From Candidatus Latescibacterota bacterium (GTDB taxonomy: Bacteria; Latescibacterota; UBA2968; UBA8231): a stretch of DNA of 64,000 nt. Shown piece after piece: positions 1 to 8,947 of this stretch (position 1 is the first letter of the stretch; each line of letters begins with the position of its first letter). Made by a program: the position numbers and the translations under genes. The stretch spans positions 3,392,001 to 3,456,000 of the forward strand of contig OZ244561.1 of NCBI GenBank assembly GCA_965217585.1. The letters run 5' to 3'. The notes under the pieces are model-generated. The model did not search any database and had not been told where the DNA came from. It saw only the letters and a list, made by a program, of their open reading frames with translations.

Positions 1-140
1 ATTTCGGCAGTGTCTTGGCCGTGGTCAGTCAGCGCATAGGGATGGAGTGCGGCGATCCCCGGCGGCCGTTGCGACCCGTGCAACCCGACGAGCGCGAGAC
101 GCTGTTGGCGCAGGTGGAGGCTCTTGGGATTACGACCTGA
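1..140 (+). CDS. 3' end of a probable DapA/N-acetylneuraminate lyase-family protein (partial)
   Basis: Open frame from nt 3 reads FGSVLAVVSQRIGMECGDPRRPLRPVQPDERETLLAQVEALGITT*. The G-x-P-R-x-P-L-x-P C-terminal signature is typical of the DHDPS family. Confidence 0.5.
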   Translation, partial: FGSVLAVVSQRIGMECGDPRRPLRPVQPDERETLLAQVEALGITT

Positions 141-255
141 GCTAGCGGCTAAGGCGCTCTGGACGAAAAGGTGTAATTCCCCTGAATTTCGGGCTGGTTG
201 GGGTTCGGAAACAGGATTAGTGGGGTTGGGGGATGGACAGGATTGAACGATATGG

Positions 256-293
256 AAAGGGGACGAGGTGTGTTGAACCTCGTCCCCTTTTTT
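256..293. terminator. Bidirectional intrinsic terminator
   Basis: AAAGGGGACGAGGT-gtgttga-ACCTCGTCCCCTTTTTT hairpin between convergent genes. Confidence 0.85.
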
Positions 294-319
294 AAGCTGC
301 CTTGCAGATGTGCAGAGCG

Positions 320-1240
320 CTAGCGGCTGATGTGGTTTTTGATGCGGCCCCAGGTGGTGTGCTCGACGGCCGTGGATACGGTCGGGTAGTTGGCCAAATC
401 GACGGTTTCGATGATCACGTAGTCGCACAGATGGTCGCCGTTTGCAGCGGTGTTGAAGCCGCTGCCCGTGCGCCCGAAGATGCTCTGCTGACCATTGACT
501 TCCTTGTCGCGATCCATCCACAGGGTGTGCAGACCTATCACCTGATCGGGTGCGAACACATGCGGGATGCTGGCGTCTGGGCCGAGGATGTCGTAGCGCA
601 CGAACGGGGACGAGATCTTCATCTCGTACGTGTATTCGACGTTGGATGATAGGTGACCGGCGTCCGCCGGCAGGAGGGTGGCCGCGGTGGTGCAATACGG
701 CGGCAGTGCCCCCCAGTCCTCTAGGCCAGGCTCCTGCAAGTCGATGGAAATGGTGCCGCCGAGCTGGGAGTCGAACAGCGGGTGGATGTTGATGCGATAC
801 CCGTTGTACACCTCCTCGGTGCTCGTCCAGGACATCGGCCCGCCCGAGTGGTCCATGTCCATGTTGAACTCAATGGAGTCGTCGTTCCACCAATTGCGCT
901 TTACCTCGGACTCGGCTGCGCCGAGGGTGTCGTCGGTGACGCGGGCGAATAAATAGAGGGAATTGTCCGGCGGTGGACTCCAACCCATGCGATAGCTGGC
1001 CGACCAGTCTTCCGGGATGCCGTTGCCGCCGAGGCCAGTGCCGTCGCCGCTTTGGGCCTCGATATCCTCGGGAGCGATGATAAAGTCTGGATCGATCCAG
1101 GCCCAGTCATCCTCAGAGCCGTCGATGACCATAGAGTTGGGGTCTGGAATCGTAGGGATAAAACCAGTTACGCCGTTGTGGGCCGAGGCCACACCAGAGA
1201 CGGCGAGCACTAGGATCAGGGCGAGATGAGAGCGTTTCAT
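320..1240 (-). CDS. Secreted CBM9/DOMON-like sugar-binding-fold protein with C-terminal TAVEHTTWGRIK tail (paralog 1)
   Basis: Start re-set to MKRSHL, which follows the RBS-like AAAGAAAGGGG. Sec signal ending ASA|H. IDGSEDDW, LYLFARVTDD and WWNDDSIEF motifs resemble CBM9_1-like domains. Confidence 0.75.
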   Translation of the reverse strand: MKRSHLALILVLAVSGVASAHNGVTGFIPTIPDPNSMVIDGSEDDWAWIDPDFIIAPEDIEAQSGDGTGLGGNGIPEDWSASYRMGWSPPPDNSLYLFARVTDDTLGAAESEVKRNWWNDDSIEFNMDMDHSGGPMSWTSTEEVYNGYRINIHPLFDSQLGGTISIDLQEPGLEDWGALPPYCTTAATLLPADAGHLSSNVEYTYEMKISSPFVRYDILGPDASIPHVFAPDQVIGLHTLWMDRDKEVNGQQSIFGRTGSGFNTAANGDHLCDYVIIETVDLANYPTVSTAVEHTTWGRIKNHISR

Positions 1241-1291
1241 CTTGAAGCCCCTTTCTTTAAATGGGATGAGGTGGGAGGGCTGAATTTTGTT

Positions 1292-1320
1292 GATATACAA
1301 GCCTATATTGTACTTGTCAA
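1292..1320 (-). promoter_or_regulatory. Putative sigma70 promoter for paralog 1
   Basis: On the minus strand: perfect TTGACA, 17-nt spacer, then TATATC. Confidence 0.5.
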
Positions 1321-1340
1321 CAAGAAAATAGGCATTCGTC

Positions 1341-2672
1341 TCATGGTTGCGCCTGCAAATGCCGGTAGGCCGCCATGGCCGCTTCGCCTCGGGCCGTTTG
1401 CCCCTGTTTGAGGTAAATCAGCCCCAAGTTGTAGTGGGCATCCGCGAAATTGGGGTCTATTTTGAGGGCCTTTTGCAAGGCTTGGGTCGCGGCGTCCATC
1501 TGGCTTCTCCGCATGTACGTGATGCCTAAGTTGTTGTAAGCGCGGACGTAGCGCGGGTGGTAGCGGAGGATGGTCTCGTACTCTTGGGTGGCCTCGGCCA
1601 GCCGCCCTTGCTTTAGGAGGATGTTGGCCAAGTTGTTGTGCGCACTGAGGTCGGCCGGGTTGATGGATAGTGCTTTGTGATATTCAGCGATCGCGGCTTG
1701 GGGGTGCCCTTGATCGGCGTAGAGTACGCCGAGATTGTAGTGGGCGTGCGCGTCCTCTGGGTAGAGCTGCAGTAGATAGCGGTAGTGCCCGATTTCCTCG
1801 CTCGCGGTTTGGAGCCGCGCGAAAGCCGCGAGCAGTTTTTCTCCTTTGGTCTTCTTCCCTTGCCTGAGATAGAGCGAGCCGAGCCGGTGAAAGGCCTCGG
1901 GTTCAAAGGGGTCGGACGCAATGGCTTGCTGCCAAGCAGCCTCGGCGGCGGCGTGCCGTTCCTGTTGCAGCAACACCTGCCCCAGCGCAATGCGCGCCTT
2001 GGCGTGGTCTGGCTGCTGGCGCAGGGCCGCGCGCAAGCTGGCCTCTGCTTCTTGGCCGCGTCCGATTTTGGCGAAGATCTGCCCTAGCTGGTAGTGAGCT
2101 TGGGCATAGCTGGAATCGAGCTGCGCGGCCTGCTGCCAGTGGACAATGGCCGCTTCGTACTGACCCTGACGCTCGTAGATCATGCCCAAGCTGTACTGCA
2201 TGACCGCACTCTCTGGCTGAAGCGCTAGGGCTTTTTTGAGTGCGTCGCCCGCAGCCGCATAGCGATCGTCGTCGATGAGGACGACCGCGAGTTGGTGGTA
2301 GGTTGCGGCGCGATTGGGGTCTAGCTGGATGGCCTGCCGATACGCGGCTTCGGCCTCGTCGTTGCGGCGCTGGCGCGCAAACGCCCTGCCGAGCGCGAAA
2401 TAGCCCTCGGCCCGCTGCGGCTCGAGTTCGATCACCTGCTGGCAGTGTTGTGTCGCCAATGCGGGCTGGCCGTACTTGAGCAGCAGGCGCGCGAGGAGCA
2501 GGTGAGCCTCCGCGTAAGAGGAATCGGCTGCCAAAGCGCGGCGACACTCCGCAATGGCCTCTACATAGCGCCCTGCTTCGGCGTGGAGATTGCAGTCGTC
2601 GTAATGGACTTCTGCCGCGTTCCCACACGCCCACACCAGCGCCCCCCAAATGAAGAATGGGATCCTTTGCAC
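1341..2672 (-). CDS. TPR-repeat protein, probable lipoprotein (paralog of 20623..21972)
   Basis: About 11-12 tandem TPRs (AHYNLG..Y..G...A). N-terminal hydrophobic stretch ending VWAC. GTG start inferred. Confidence 0.85.
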   Translation of the reverse strand: MQRIPFFIWGALVWACGNAAEVHYDDCNLHAEAGRYVEAIAECRRALAADSSYAEAHLLLARLLLKYGQPALATQHCQQVIELEPQRAEGYFALGRAFARQRRNDEAEAAYRQAIQLDPNRAATYHQLAVVLIDDDRYAAAGDALKKALALQPESAVMQYSLGMIYERQGQYEAAIVHWQQAAQLDSSYAQAHYQLGQIFAKIGRGQEAEASLRAALRQQPDHAKARIALGQVLLQQERHAAAEAAWQQAIASDPFEPEAFHRLGSLYLRQGKKTKGEKLLAAFARLQTASEEIGHYRYLLQLYPEDAHAHYNLGVLYADQGHPQAAIAEYHKALSINPADLSAHNNLANILLKQGRLAEATQEYETILRYHPRYVRAYNNLGITYMRRSQMDAATQALQKALKIDPNFADAHYNLGLIYLKQGQTARGEAAMAAYRHLQAQP

Positions 2673-2779
2673 TTGCGTACCTCGACTAGGCGACCTTATC
2701 TCACGTAACAACGACCGGAACGTATAAGCTATCTTATAAACGGACGTTCCGTAGGGACCATATAGTGTGGTTGCTTTTT

Positions 2780-4381
2780 ATGAAAAAACCAATGCAAATC
2801 CTCCTAGCCGGCCTAGCCCTAGTCGCGCTCGCTTTTGCGGTAATGAAAGCCGGTCTCTGGGATGCTCTGCACGCGCCCGCGATCTATCCGCCCATGCCGG
2901 CGCACCCGCCCCTAGTCGCAGCCCCCGACTCTCTCCCACCCCCTGTTTTGACCTATTGCGGCATGTGCCATGCCGTGCCCCACCCACAAGTCCTGACGCG
3001 GGAACTGTGGCCACAAAAAATGCAGTTGATGTTTGATTTGATGGAGCAACAAGAGATTGCCATATCCGAGGAACACAAAAGGGAATGCTTGGATTTCTAC
3101 GTCGCAAATAGCCCCGAGGCCTTTGCGGTCTTGCCATCGGACCCTGAAGAACCCGCGCCGCCCTTTCGGAAGTACGTCCTCGGCCAGCCCGTGCGGAATT
3201 TCGACCCCGAGGAATGGACCTCGTGGCCCAAGATCGCCAATGTCAACGTCGTGGATCTAAACCGCGATAGCAAACCAGATGTCTTGGTCTGCGACGCCCA
3301 ATATCACTTGCTGTCTTGGATCCACCAGCAAGAGGGCCGCTGGGTAGAAACCGTCCTCGCGGGAATGCGCACTCCCCTGCCGGGCTTTAAGGCACCGGCT
3401 CGCTCTGCCGTGTTTGACTTTGAAGGCGATGGCGACTTGGACATCGTCGTCGCGCTGCTGGGCCAATTGATGCCCACGGACGAGCTACTCGGACAAGTGG
3501 TCCTGCTGGTCAACGATGGCCGCCAGTCCTTCAGGCCCATCACTGTATTAAAGGACATGCCCCGCATCGCGGACGTGCGGCCCGCCGACTTGGACGGCGA
3601 CGGCGACTGGGACTTTGCGCTCGCCATGTTTGGCTGGTATCGCACGGGCGAAGTCGCTTGGCTGGAGCAAGTGACGGGCAGTCCGCACAACAAGGTCCAC
3701 ACCTTGTCGAGCAAAAGCGGCTGTACGCACGTGCCCATCGGCGACCTCAATGGCGACGGCAAGCCCGACATCGTCGCCCTGATCACCCAGGAATTTGAGC
3801 AGATCGTCGCGTTTATCAACCAGGGCGGTGGCGCGTTTGCCGAGCATGTCTTGTTCGAAGCGCGCAACCCGGCGTTTGGTTCGTCGGGCATTGAGTTGGT
3901 CGATCTGGATCAGGACGCCGACCTCGACATTTTATTCACCAACGGCGATGGCTTCGACGGCACGGATGCCAAGCCGTATCACGGGGTGCAGTGGCTGGAG
4001 AATGTGGGCGAGTTGCACTTTGTGTACCACGACCTCACCCGGTTCTACGGAGCGTACTCGGCCAACGCCGCCGACGTGGACCTGGACGGCGACTTGGACA
4101 TTGTGGCGGCCAATTGTTTTATGAGCAGCACGGCCAACTACTGGGAGCACTTGCCCCGCCAGGGTTTGATCTGGCTGGAAAACGATGGCCAGCAGCGCTT
4201 CACGCGCCACGCCATTACCCGCGACCCCTCCCACTTCATCACCACGGATTTGGGCGATCTAGACGGCGATGGCCGGCCCGACATCGTCGCCGGCGGCATG
4301 CACGTCTTTCCGCCCTTTCCCCCGCCCGCCCGCCTCGGCCGCGTGAGCCTGTGGGTGAACCGCATCCCCGCCGCTCCATAG
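2780..4381 (+). CDS. Monoheme cytochrome c (CGMCH) fused to FG-GAP/VCBS beta-propeller (paralog 1)
   Basis: N-terminal anchor, CxxCH, then multiple DLDGDGDxD repeats. Confidence 0.85.
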   Translation: MKKPMQILLAGLALVALAFAVMKAGLWDALHAPAIYPPMPAHPPLVAAPDSLPPPVLTYCGMCHAVPHPQVLTRELWPQKMQLMFDLMEQQEIAISEEHKRECLDFYVANSPEAFAVLPSDPEEPAPPFRKYVLGQPVRNFDPEEWTSWPKIANVNVVDLNRDSKPDVLVCDAQYHLLSWIHQQEGRWVETVLAGMRTPLPGFKAPARSAVFDFEGDGDLDIVVALLGQLMPTDELLGQVVLLVNDGRQSFRPITVLKDMPRIADVRPADLDGDGDWDFALAMFGWYRTGEVAWLEQVTGSPHNKVHTLSSKSGCTHVPIGDLNGDGKPDIVALITQEFEQIVAFINQGGGAFAEHVLFEARNPAFGSSGIELVDLDQDADLDILFTNGDGFDGTDAKPYHGVQWLENVGELHFVYHDLTRFYGAYSANAADVDLDGDLDIVAANCFMSSTANYWEHLPRQGLIWLENDGQQRFTRHAITRDPSHFITTDLGDLDGDGRPDIVAGGMHVFPPFPPPARLGRVSLWVNRIPAAP

Positions 4382-4383
4382 CA

Positions 4384-6330
4384 CTAGAGGAACAGGCCGT
4401 TGCCGATCATGCCGGTCAGGCCGTCTATCACCCAGAACACGCCGTAGATGGTGAATTGCCCGAGCACTAGCCCGAGGAAGAACGGCCGCACCGTCCGGTA
4501 TGTGCTCACTCCGCCGTAGCGCAGGATGGGCGTTTTGAACAGCCAAGCCAAAAAGGCGTTGAAAGCCATCCAGCGGAAGGTGGAGCTGATGGGAAAGCCG
4601 ATGGGATGCAGGGGCCACCAGCCCCAGTAGCGCCGCGCCATCATCAAGAGCACCATGACCGTGCTGCCGATCCCGGCGTGGAACCAGCCCAGCCAGTGCG
4701 GCCCCGAGGGGTTGGCGATGCGCGCGGCTGTATAATCCCCTAGATAGGTCGGCAGCCATATAAAATGCACCGGCCGCAGGTTGATTGCCCCGTGGGTGTA
4801 AGCCAAGTGCAGCAGCATCCACAGCGCCCCGGCCATGCCCAGCAGGATGGCCGCCAACATGCCCCAGAACAGCCGTCGTCGCCGCCCCTCGATCTGCTCG
4901 CTCAGCTTCAGTCCGTTGGCCACGTGCGGCATGGCGAAATTGAGCAGGTCGTTGCCCAAGATGCGAGTGAACGCGAGGCCGACCAGCCCCGCTGGCCCAA
5001 AAAAAGCCGACGTGCCAACGGCCGACACGGCCGCGTCGGCCACGACCATGGGGGTGTAAATCACGGCGACCCCCCCTTCGGCGATCACCCGGGTCAGCGC
5101 GACGAAGATCACCAGCGCGAAAAACAAGAAGACCGCGACGCCCCACAGCGGTATGCCCAAATTCCACAACCACAGCACCATGACCCCGGTGCTGCCCAGC
5201 AGTCCCAAGACCGCGGCTCGATAGGACAGCACCTCGTCGCTGTCATCGACATCCGGCGCGCGGCCCAAGGCCTTGCGGCAGACGTTCCACAGGTGCTCGC
5301 GGCCCACCCAGAAGCCGCCGATTACCAGCGCGATCATCGCCCCCATGCCCTGATGCACGAGGCTGGGCAGGCCGTAGCTCCACACACTCACGGCGGGCGC
5401 GGCACTCACCCCCCAGCCGATTTCTCGATAGATGAACTCCTGCAAGTTGTTGAGCAGGGTGAATACCCACAGCCCGAGGGCCACCTCGCGCTGGATCAAA
5501 AAGAAAAAGCCCAGCGTGGCAAAGCTCAGCCGGACGCCGCCGAAAATCGGGAGGTTCGCGTGCAACTGCACCGTTGGGATAAAGGAAAAGTACGCGTGCA
5601 GGCCGGCCACGGCTCCGGTAATTGCAGACACGGCAAAGCCGACCCACATCACTGGGTTGCGGAAAAACGGCTTGATGAGCGACCCTCGCTCGTCGTCCTG
5701 CACCATGGCGAGGGGCACCTGCATCACCGGATAGATCAGTCGCTCGTGCTCTACCCAGCGCCGTCGCAGGATCACCATCAAGCACAGGGTGGCCACGTGC
5801 ATGGCCACCAGCATGGGCAGCCAGCCTGCTATCGGCTCGAACCAGACCTGCCAAGGAATGCCCGCGGCTTCCCCTTCGCTGCCCTCAAAAAAGGCGCGGA
5901 TGGCCTCGGGATCGCGCGGCGCGAGCCAGGGGGGAATGTGGGGGTTAATCAGTTCCAGCCAGTTGTTTTCGGAACGGGCATAGTAAAATGGACTGGCCAC
6001 CACGGGCACCCACTGGTGCACCAAGACGTGGGTCGAATTGGCCAAGCTGGTCAGGATGAAGACGACGAGTAACTCGCCCTTTTGCAAGACCCAAGCGCGC
6101 CGCACGGCCCCCAGCACCCCGTTGCAGCAGACGATGAGGACGAACAAGAGGCAAAGGGCTATCTGGCTGGTGAAATAGCTGCTGGCGTTGGCACCCTGTA
6201 TGTACAGCGAAAGATAGGGCCCGACCGCGCCGACCAGTAACGCTAGGACCAAGCCGATGCCCAAGGCCCGCAAGGTCAGCCCGGAGGATAGGTATGAGCG
6301 CGTGTTAATTTCTTGCTGATCGGCGGTCAC
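4384..6330 (-). CDS. Polytopic membrane protein, DUF6785/DUF6784 family (putative transporter)
   Basis: Many TM segments, W.E.ERL.YP motif, and C-terminal WWPLHPIG..GG...YR..RPFFLGL motif. Confidence 0.75.
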   Translation of the reverse strand: MTADQQEINTRSYLSSGLTLRALGIGLVLALLVGAVGPYLSLYIQGANASSYFTSQIALCLLFVLIVCCNGVLGAVRRAWVLQKGELLVVFILTSLANSTHVLVHQWVPVVASPFYYARSENNWLELINPHIPPWLAPRDPEAIRAFFEGSEGEAAGIPWQVWFEPIAGWLPMLVAMHVATLCLMVILRRRWVEHERLIYPVMQVPLAMVQDDERGSLIKPFFRNPVMWVGFAVSAITGAVAGLHAYFSFIPTVQLHANLPIFGGVRLSFATLGFFFLIQREVALGLWVFTLLNNLQEFIYREIGWGVSAAPAVSVWSYGLPSLVHQGMGAMIALVIGGFWVGREHLWNVCRKALGRAPDVDDSDEVLSYRAAVLGLLGSTGVMVLWLWNLGIPLWGVAVFLFFALVIFVALTRVIAEGGVAVIYTPMVVADAAVSAVGTSAFFGPAGLVGLAFTRILGNDLLNFAMPHVANGLKLSEQIEGRRRRLFWGMLAAILLGMAGALWMLLHLAYTHGAINLRPVHFIWLPTYLGDYTAARIANPSGPHWLGWFHAGIGSTVMVLLMMARRYWGWWPLHPIGFPISSTFRWMAFNAFLAWLFKTPILRYGGVSTYRTVRPFFLGLVLGQFTIYGVFWVIDGLTGMIGNGLFL

Positions 6331-6356
6331 TCGGCGGTTCCTCGCGTTAATTTTTC

Positions 6357-6385
6357 TTGACAAGTCCTTGCACCACACTTAGATA
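6357..6385 (+). promoter_or_regulatory. Putative sigma70 promoter for paralog 2
   Basis: Perfect TTGACA, 17-nt spacer, weak -10 (TAGATA). Confidence 0.4.
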
Positions 6386-6440
6386 TTTACGCGGTATCTC
6401 GTGCAAGCAGCAAGCCGTTGTTTGCAGAAAGGAGCGCAGG

Positions 6441-7367
6441 ATGAAAACATCCGCCTTTGCAGTGCTTTTAGCGCTGGCCCTCGCTGGCGCAGCCGCGGCT
6501 CACACCGGGGCAATTTTTTTCCTCCCCTCGGTCCCCGATCCTTCGGCCATGAACATAGATGGTTCGGAAGACGACTGGGGTTGGTTCGACCGAGACTTTG
6601 CCGTAAGGCCCGACGGTATTGAGGCTTGGGCTGGGCAATTCGTTGGTCAGGGGCCGGGAGCCCAGGGCGACGACTACCAAGCGAGCTATTTCATGGCTTG
6701 GAGCTTGCCCCCAGACAATGCCCTCTACTTCTTCGCTCGGGTGGCCGACGATACTCTCAAGAGTAGCTGGGGAGACAACCTGCGGAACTGGTGGGACGAC
6801 GACACCATGATGATCGGAGTCGATGCCGACCACTCTGGAGGGTCGATCTTGGTGAACGAAAATATCGACGAGGCGCAGAACGGCTATCGCATTGTAGCCA
6901 ACTCGTTGGCCACCAATGAATTCGGCATCGACTACGGCGGCATCCTAGGCGGGGGCGACTTCCCCGAGGGCGACTGGGGAGGGCAGCCGCCTTGGGGCTT
7001 GGGTGCCACGCAAGTCACCCCGCCAGACGCCACTCACGGGTCGACGAATGTCGAGTACACCTATGAGCTGAAGCTGGCTTTGTGGGCCTCGTACGATCCG
7101 GCCGGTCCGGACGGTGATTTGAACCAGCGCTACATGTTCGCGCCCGACCAGGTCACCCACACGACGCCGCGCCTCAACGACGTCGATAACCCGGAAGGCG
7201 GCGGTGGTGCCGGCATGTACGGGTACGTAGGCGGCGCGTTCGACGGACAGGCCGATGGCGACTTGGCCGCCGACTTCCAGACCCTTCTGACGCACGAGCC
7301 TGCTACGGCAGTGGAAAACGTCACTTGGGGGCGGATCAAGAGCCACACGCATAGCCTGCTCGATTGA
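6441..7367 (+). CDS. Secreted CBM9-like protein with C-terminal TAVENVTWGRIK tail (paralog 2)
   Basis: RBS AGAAAGGAG before MKTSAF. Signal peptide AAA|H. Same IDGSEDDW, WSxPPDN.LYFFARV.DD, NWWDDD and NVEYTYE motifs as paralog 1. Confidence 0.8.
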   Translation: MKTSAFAVLLALALAGAAAAHTGAIFFLPSVPDPSAMNIDGSEDDWGWFDRDFAVRPDGIEAWAGQFVGQGPGAQGDDYQASYFMAWSLPPDNALYFFARVADDTLKSSWGDNLRNWWDDDTMMIGVDADHSGGSILVNENIDEAQNGYRIVANSLATNEFGIDYGGILGGGDFPEGDWGGQPPWGLGATQVTPPDATHGSTNVEYTYELKLALWASYDPAGPDGDLNQRYMFAPDQVTHTTPRLNDVDNPEGGGGAGMYGYVGGAFDGQADGDLAADFQTLLTHEPATAVENVTWGRIKSHTHSLLD

Positions 7368-7389
7368 GCGTTACTGGCAGGTTGCTTGC

Positions 7390-7422
7390 AGGGGACGGGG
7401 CGCACGCCTCGTCCCCTTTTTT
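7390..7422. terminator. Intrinsic terminator
   Basis: AGGGGACGGGGCG-ca-CGCCTCGTCCCCTTTTTT hairpin. Confidence 0.85.
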
Positions 7423-7423
7423 G

Positions 7424-8905
7424 TCAGGGACGGTGGACGGTCACAGCTCTTTTGAAGCAGTCGTGACGCCACAAAAGCACCTCGACAGTCCGCTCGGCCG
7501 CCGGGTACAGCAGGGTCTTTTCTTCGGCGAAGTAGATGCTAAAGTTCTTCAGCCGCTCGTCGCCGTGGCGGCCGGCATTCCACTGCTGGCACAGGTAGCG
7601 GCCGTAGTAAAATCGGTAGCTCTCGTGCTGCTTGTGCGCCAGCGTCAGCAGAAACTTTCTCCACCGATAATTGACAAAATAAGCCGAGCCGTCTCGGGGC
7701 TTCTTCCTCTCAGGCGGTGTTATGGTCCGGCGGTACACATCCACGGCCGTCCCGTCCGCCAAGAGGCCGGGCATGATGAACCAGCCATTGGATTGCGAGG
7801 GCCTTGGCGCGAACATGTCCCAAGTCTGCTCTAGCTGAACTAGCTCGCCGATCCACTTGAGCGAGGCGGGCATGGAAAAGGGCGTTTGCGGCAGGGACGT
7901 TGCGTTCCAAGCTGCGGTGTAGAGCAGAAAGAATGCGCATGCCACCGAGCCAATGCGGCCGGCCCGCTGGGACGGGGGTCGCAAGGGCAGAAACGCGCGG
8001 ACAAACTCGCTGAGCTTTGCACCCTTGGCGGCGATGCGCCGGCCCAGCCAGTCCCACGCCAGGGCCGGAATAAAGGGAATCAAGGCCACCGCGCCGATCC
8101 AAGGGAAGAGGCCGATTTTTAGGCACAGGCCAAAAGCCAAGTGCATGAGGGCGAAAGCCGGCAGGAGCAACCCGCGCAGCGCGGTGGAAAATACGGGGCA
8201 GAAGAGGAAGAAAGGGGCCACGAGTTCAAAGTGATAGACGAGGCGAGTCAGCACCGGCAGTAGATCGCTCCACTGCCGCAGCCACGCGCCGACGGGAGTC
8301 ACCATATAGTCGAGTTGGAGCGCGTAGTGAATGGCCGTGCCATCGACTCGCCACTCGTCGCCGGTTTTGAACAGGGCACTGCACACGTACACCATGGCCA
8401 CTTGGATGAGCAGCGCGGCACTGCCCACGGAAAGGTGCCGGTTTGGGGGGCTAGGACGCGGGTTGAGCACGGCGTCTAGCGAGCAGCGAGCGCCCAGCGG
8501 CAGAAAGAGGGACCAAAAAAACAGCACCCGCAATAAGGTGTCCCCGGCTTGCAGCAGAGGCGGGGTGCGCACGTGGATGGACGCCAACAAGACAAACGCC
8601 CAAAACGCGGCCAACCGAGTGCGATAACCCAACAGCAAGGCTACTAGTGATGCACCTGCGACGAGGAAGAGTGCGGCCTGAATGGCACTGTCGCCGCTCA
8701 GCATATGCAGCGAGACGACCGTCTTGGTGCGGTAGTACTCGAGGGCCGCTTGGCGCGGAAAGGTCCCTTGGTCCGTGTAGAACGCTACCAAGTCGCCTGC
8801 TCTGATGACGAGGTCAGCGAGGCCCAAGGTGGCCAAGGCCACGCGCCAGAGCGCGAGGGAGCGCAGATCGACGGCGAAGACGTTGTGGATGCTATCCCGT
8901 GTCAT
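7424..8905 (-). CDS. HTTM (horizontally transferred transmembrane) domain protein
   Basis: DLRSLALWR start, LLLGYRTR, R.P....GD..LR...FW..FLP.G, K.G..W..G.A, and Q.W.MFAP motifs. Confidence 0.8.
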   Translation of the reverse strand: MTRDSIHNVFAVDLRSLALWRVALATLGLADLVIRAGDLVAFYTDQGTFPRQAALEYYRTKTVVSLHMLSGDSAIQAALFLVAGASLVALLLGYRTRLAAFWAFVLLASIHVRTPPLLQAGDTLLRVLFFWSLFLPLGARCSLDAVLNPRPSPPNRHLSVGSAALLIQVAMVYVCSALFKTGDEWRVDGTAIHYALQLDYMVTPVGAWLRQWSDLLPVLTRLVYHFELVAPFFLFCPVFSTALRGLLLPAFALMHLAFGLCLKIGLFPWIGAVALIPFIPALAWDWLGRRIAAKGAKLSEFVRAFLPLRPPSQRAGRIGSVACAFFLLYTAAWNATSLPQTPFSMPASLKWIGELVQLEQTWDMFAPRPSQSNGWFIMPGLLADGTAVDVYRRTITPPERKKPRDGSAYFVNYRWRKFLLTLAHKQHESYRFYYGRYLCQQWNAGRHGDERLKNFSIYFAEEKTLLYPAAERTVEVLLWRHDCFKRAVTVHRP

Positions 8906-8947
8906 TCTAATTTGTTACCTAGCAAAAGTTGAATTAAATTCCGTCAA

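Noticed and set aside
4765-6072. Long antisense ORFs (e.g. 4765..6072, 55100..56269, 41313..42092, 61181..61975)
   Set aside because: Shadow frames of well-supported genes in GC-rich DNA, with no recognisable motifs.
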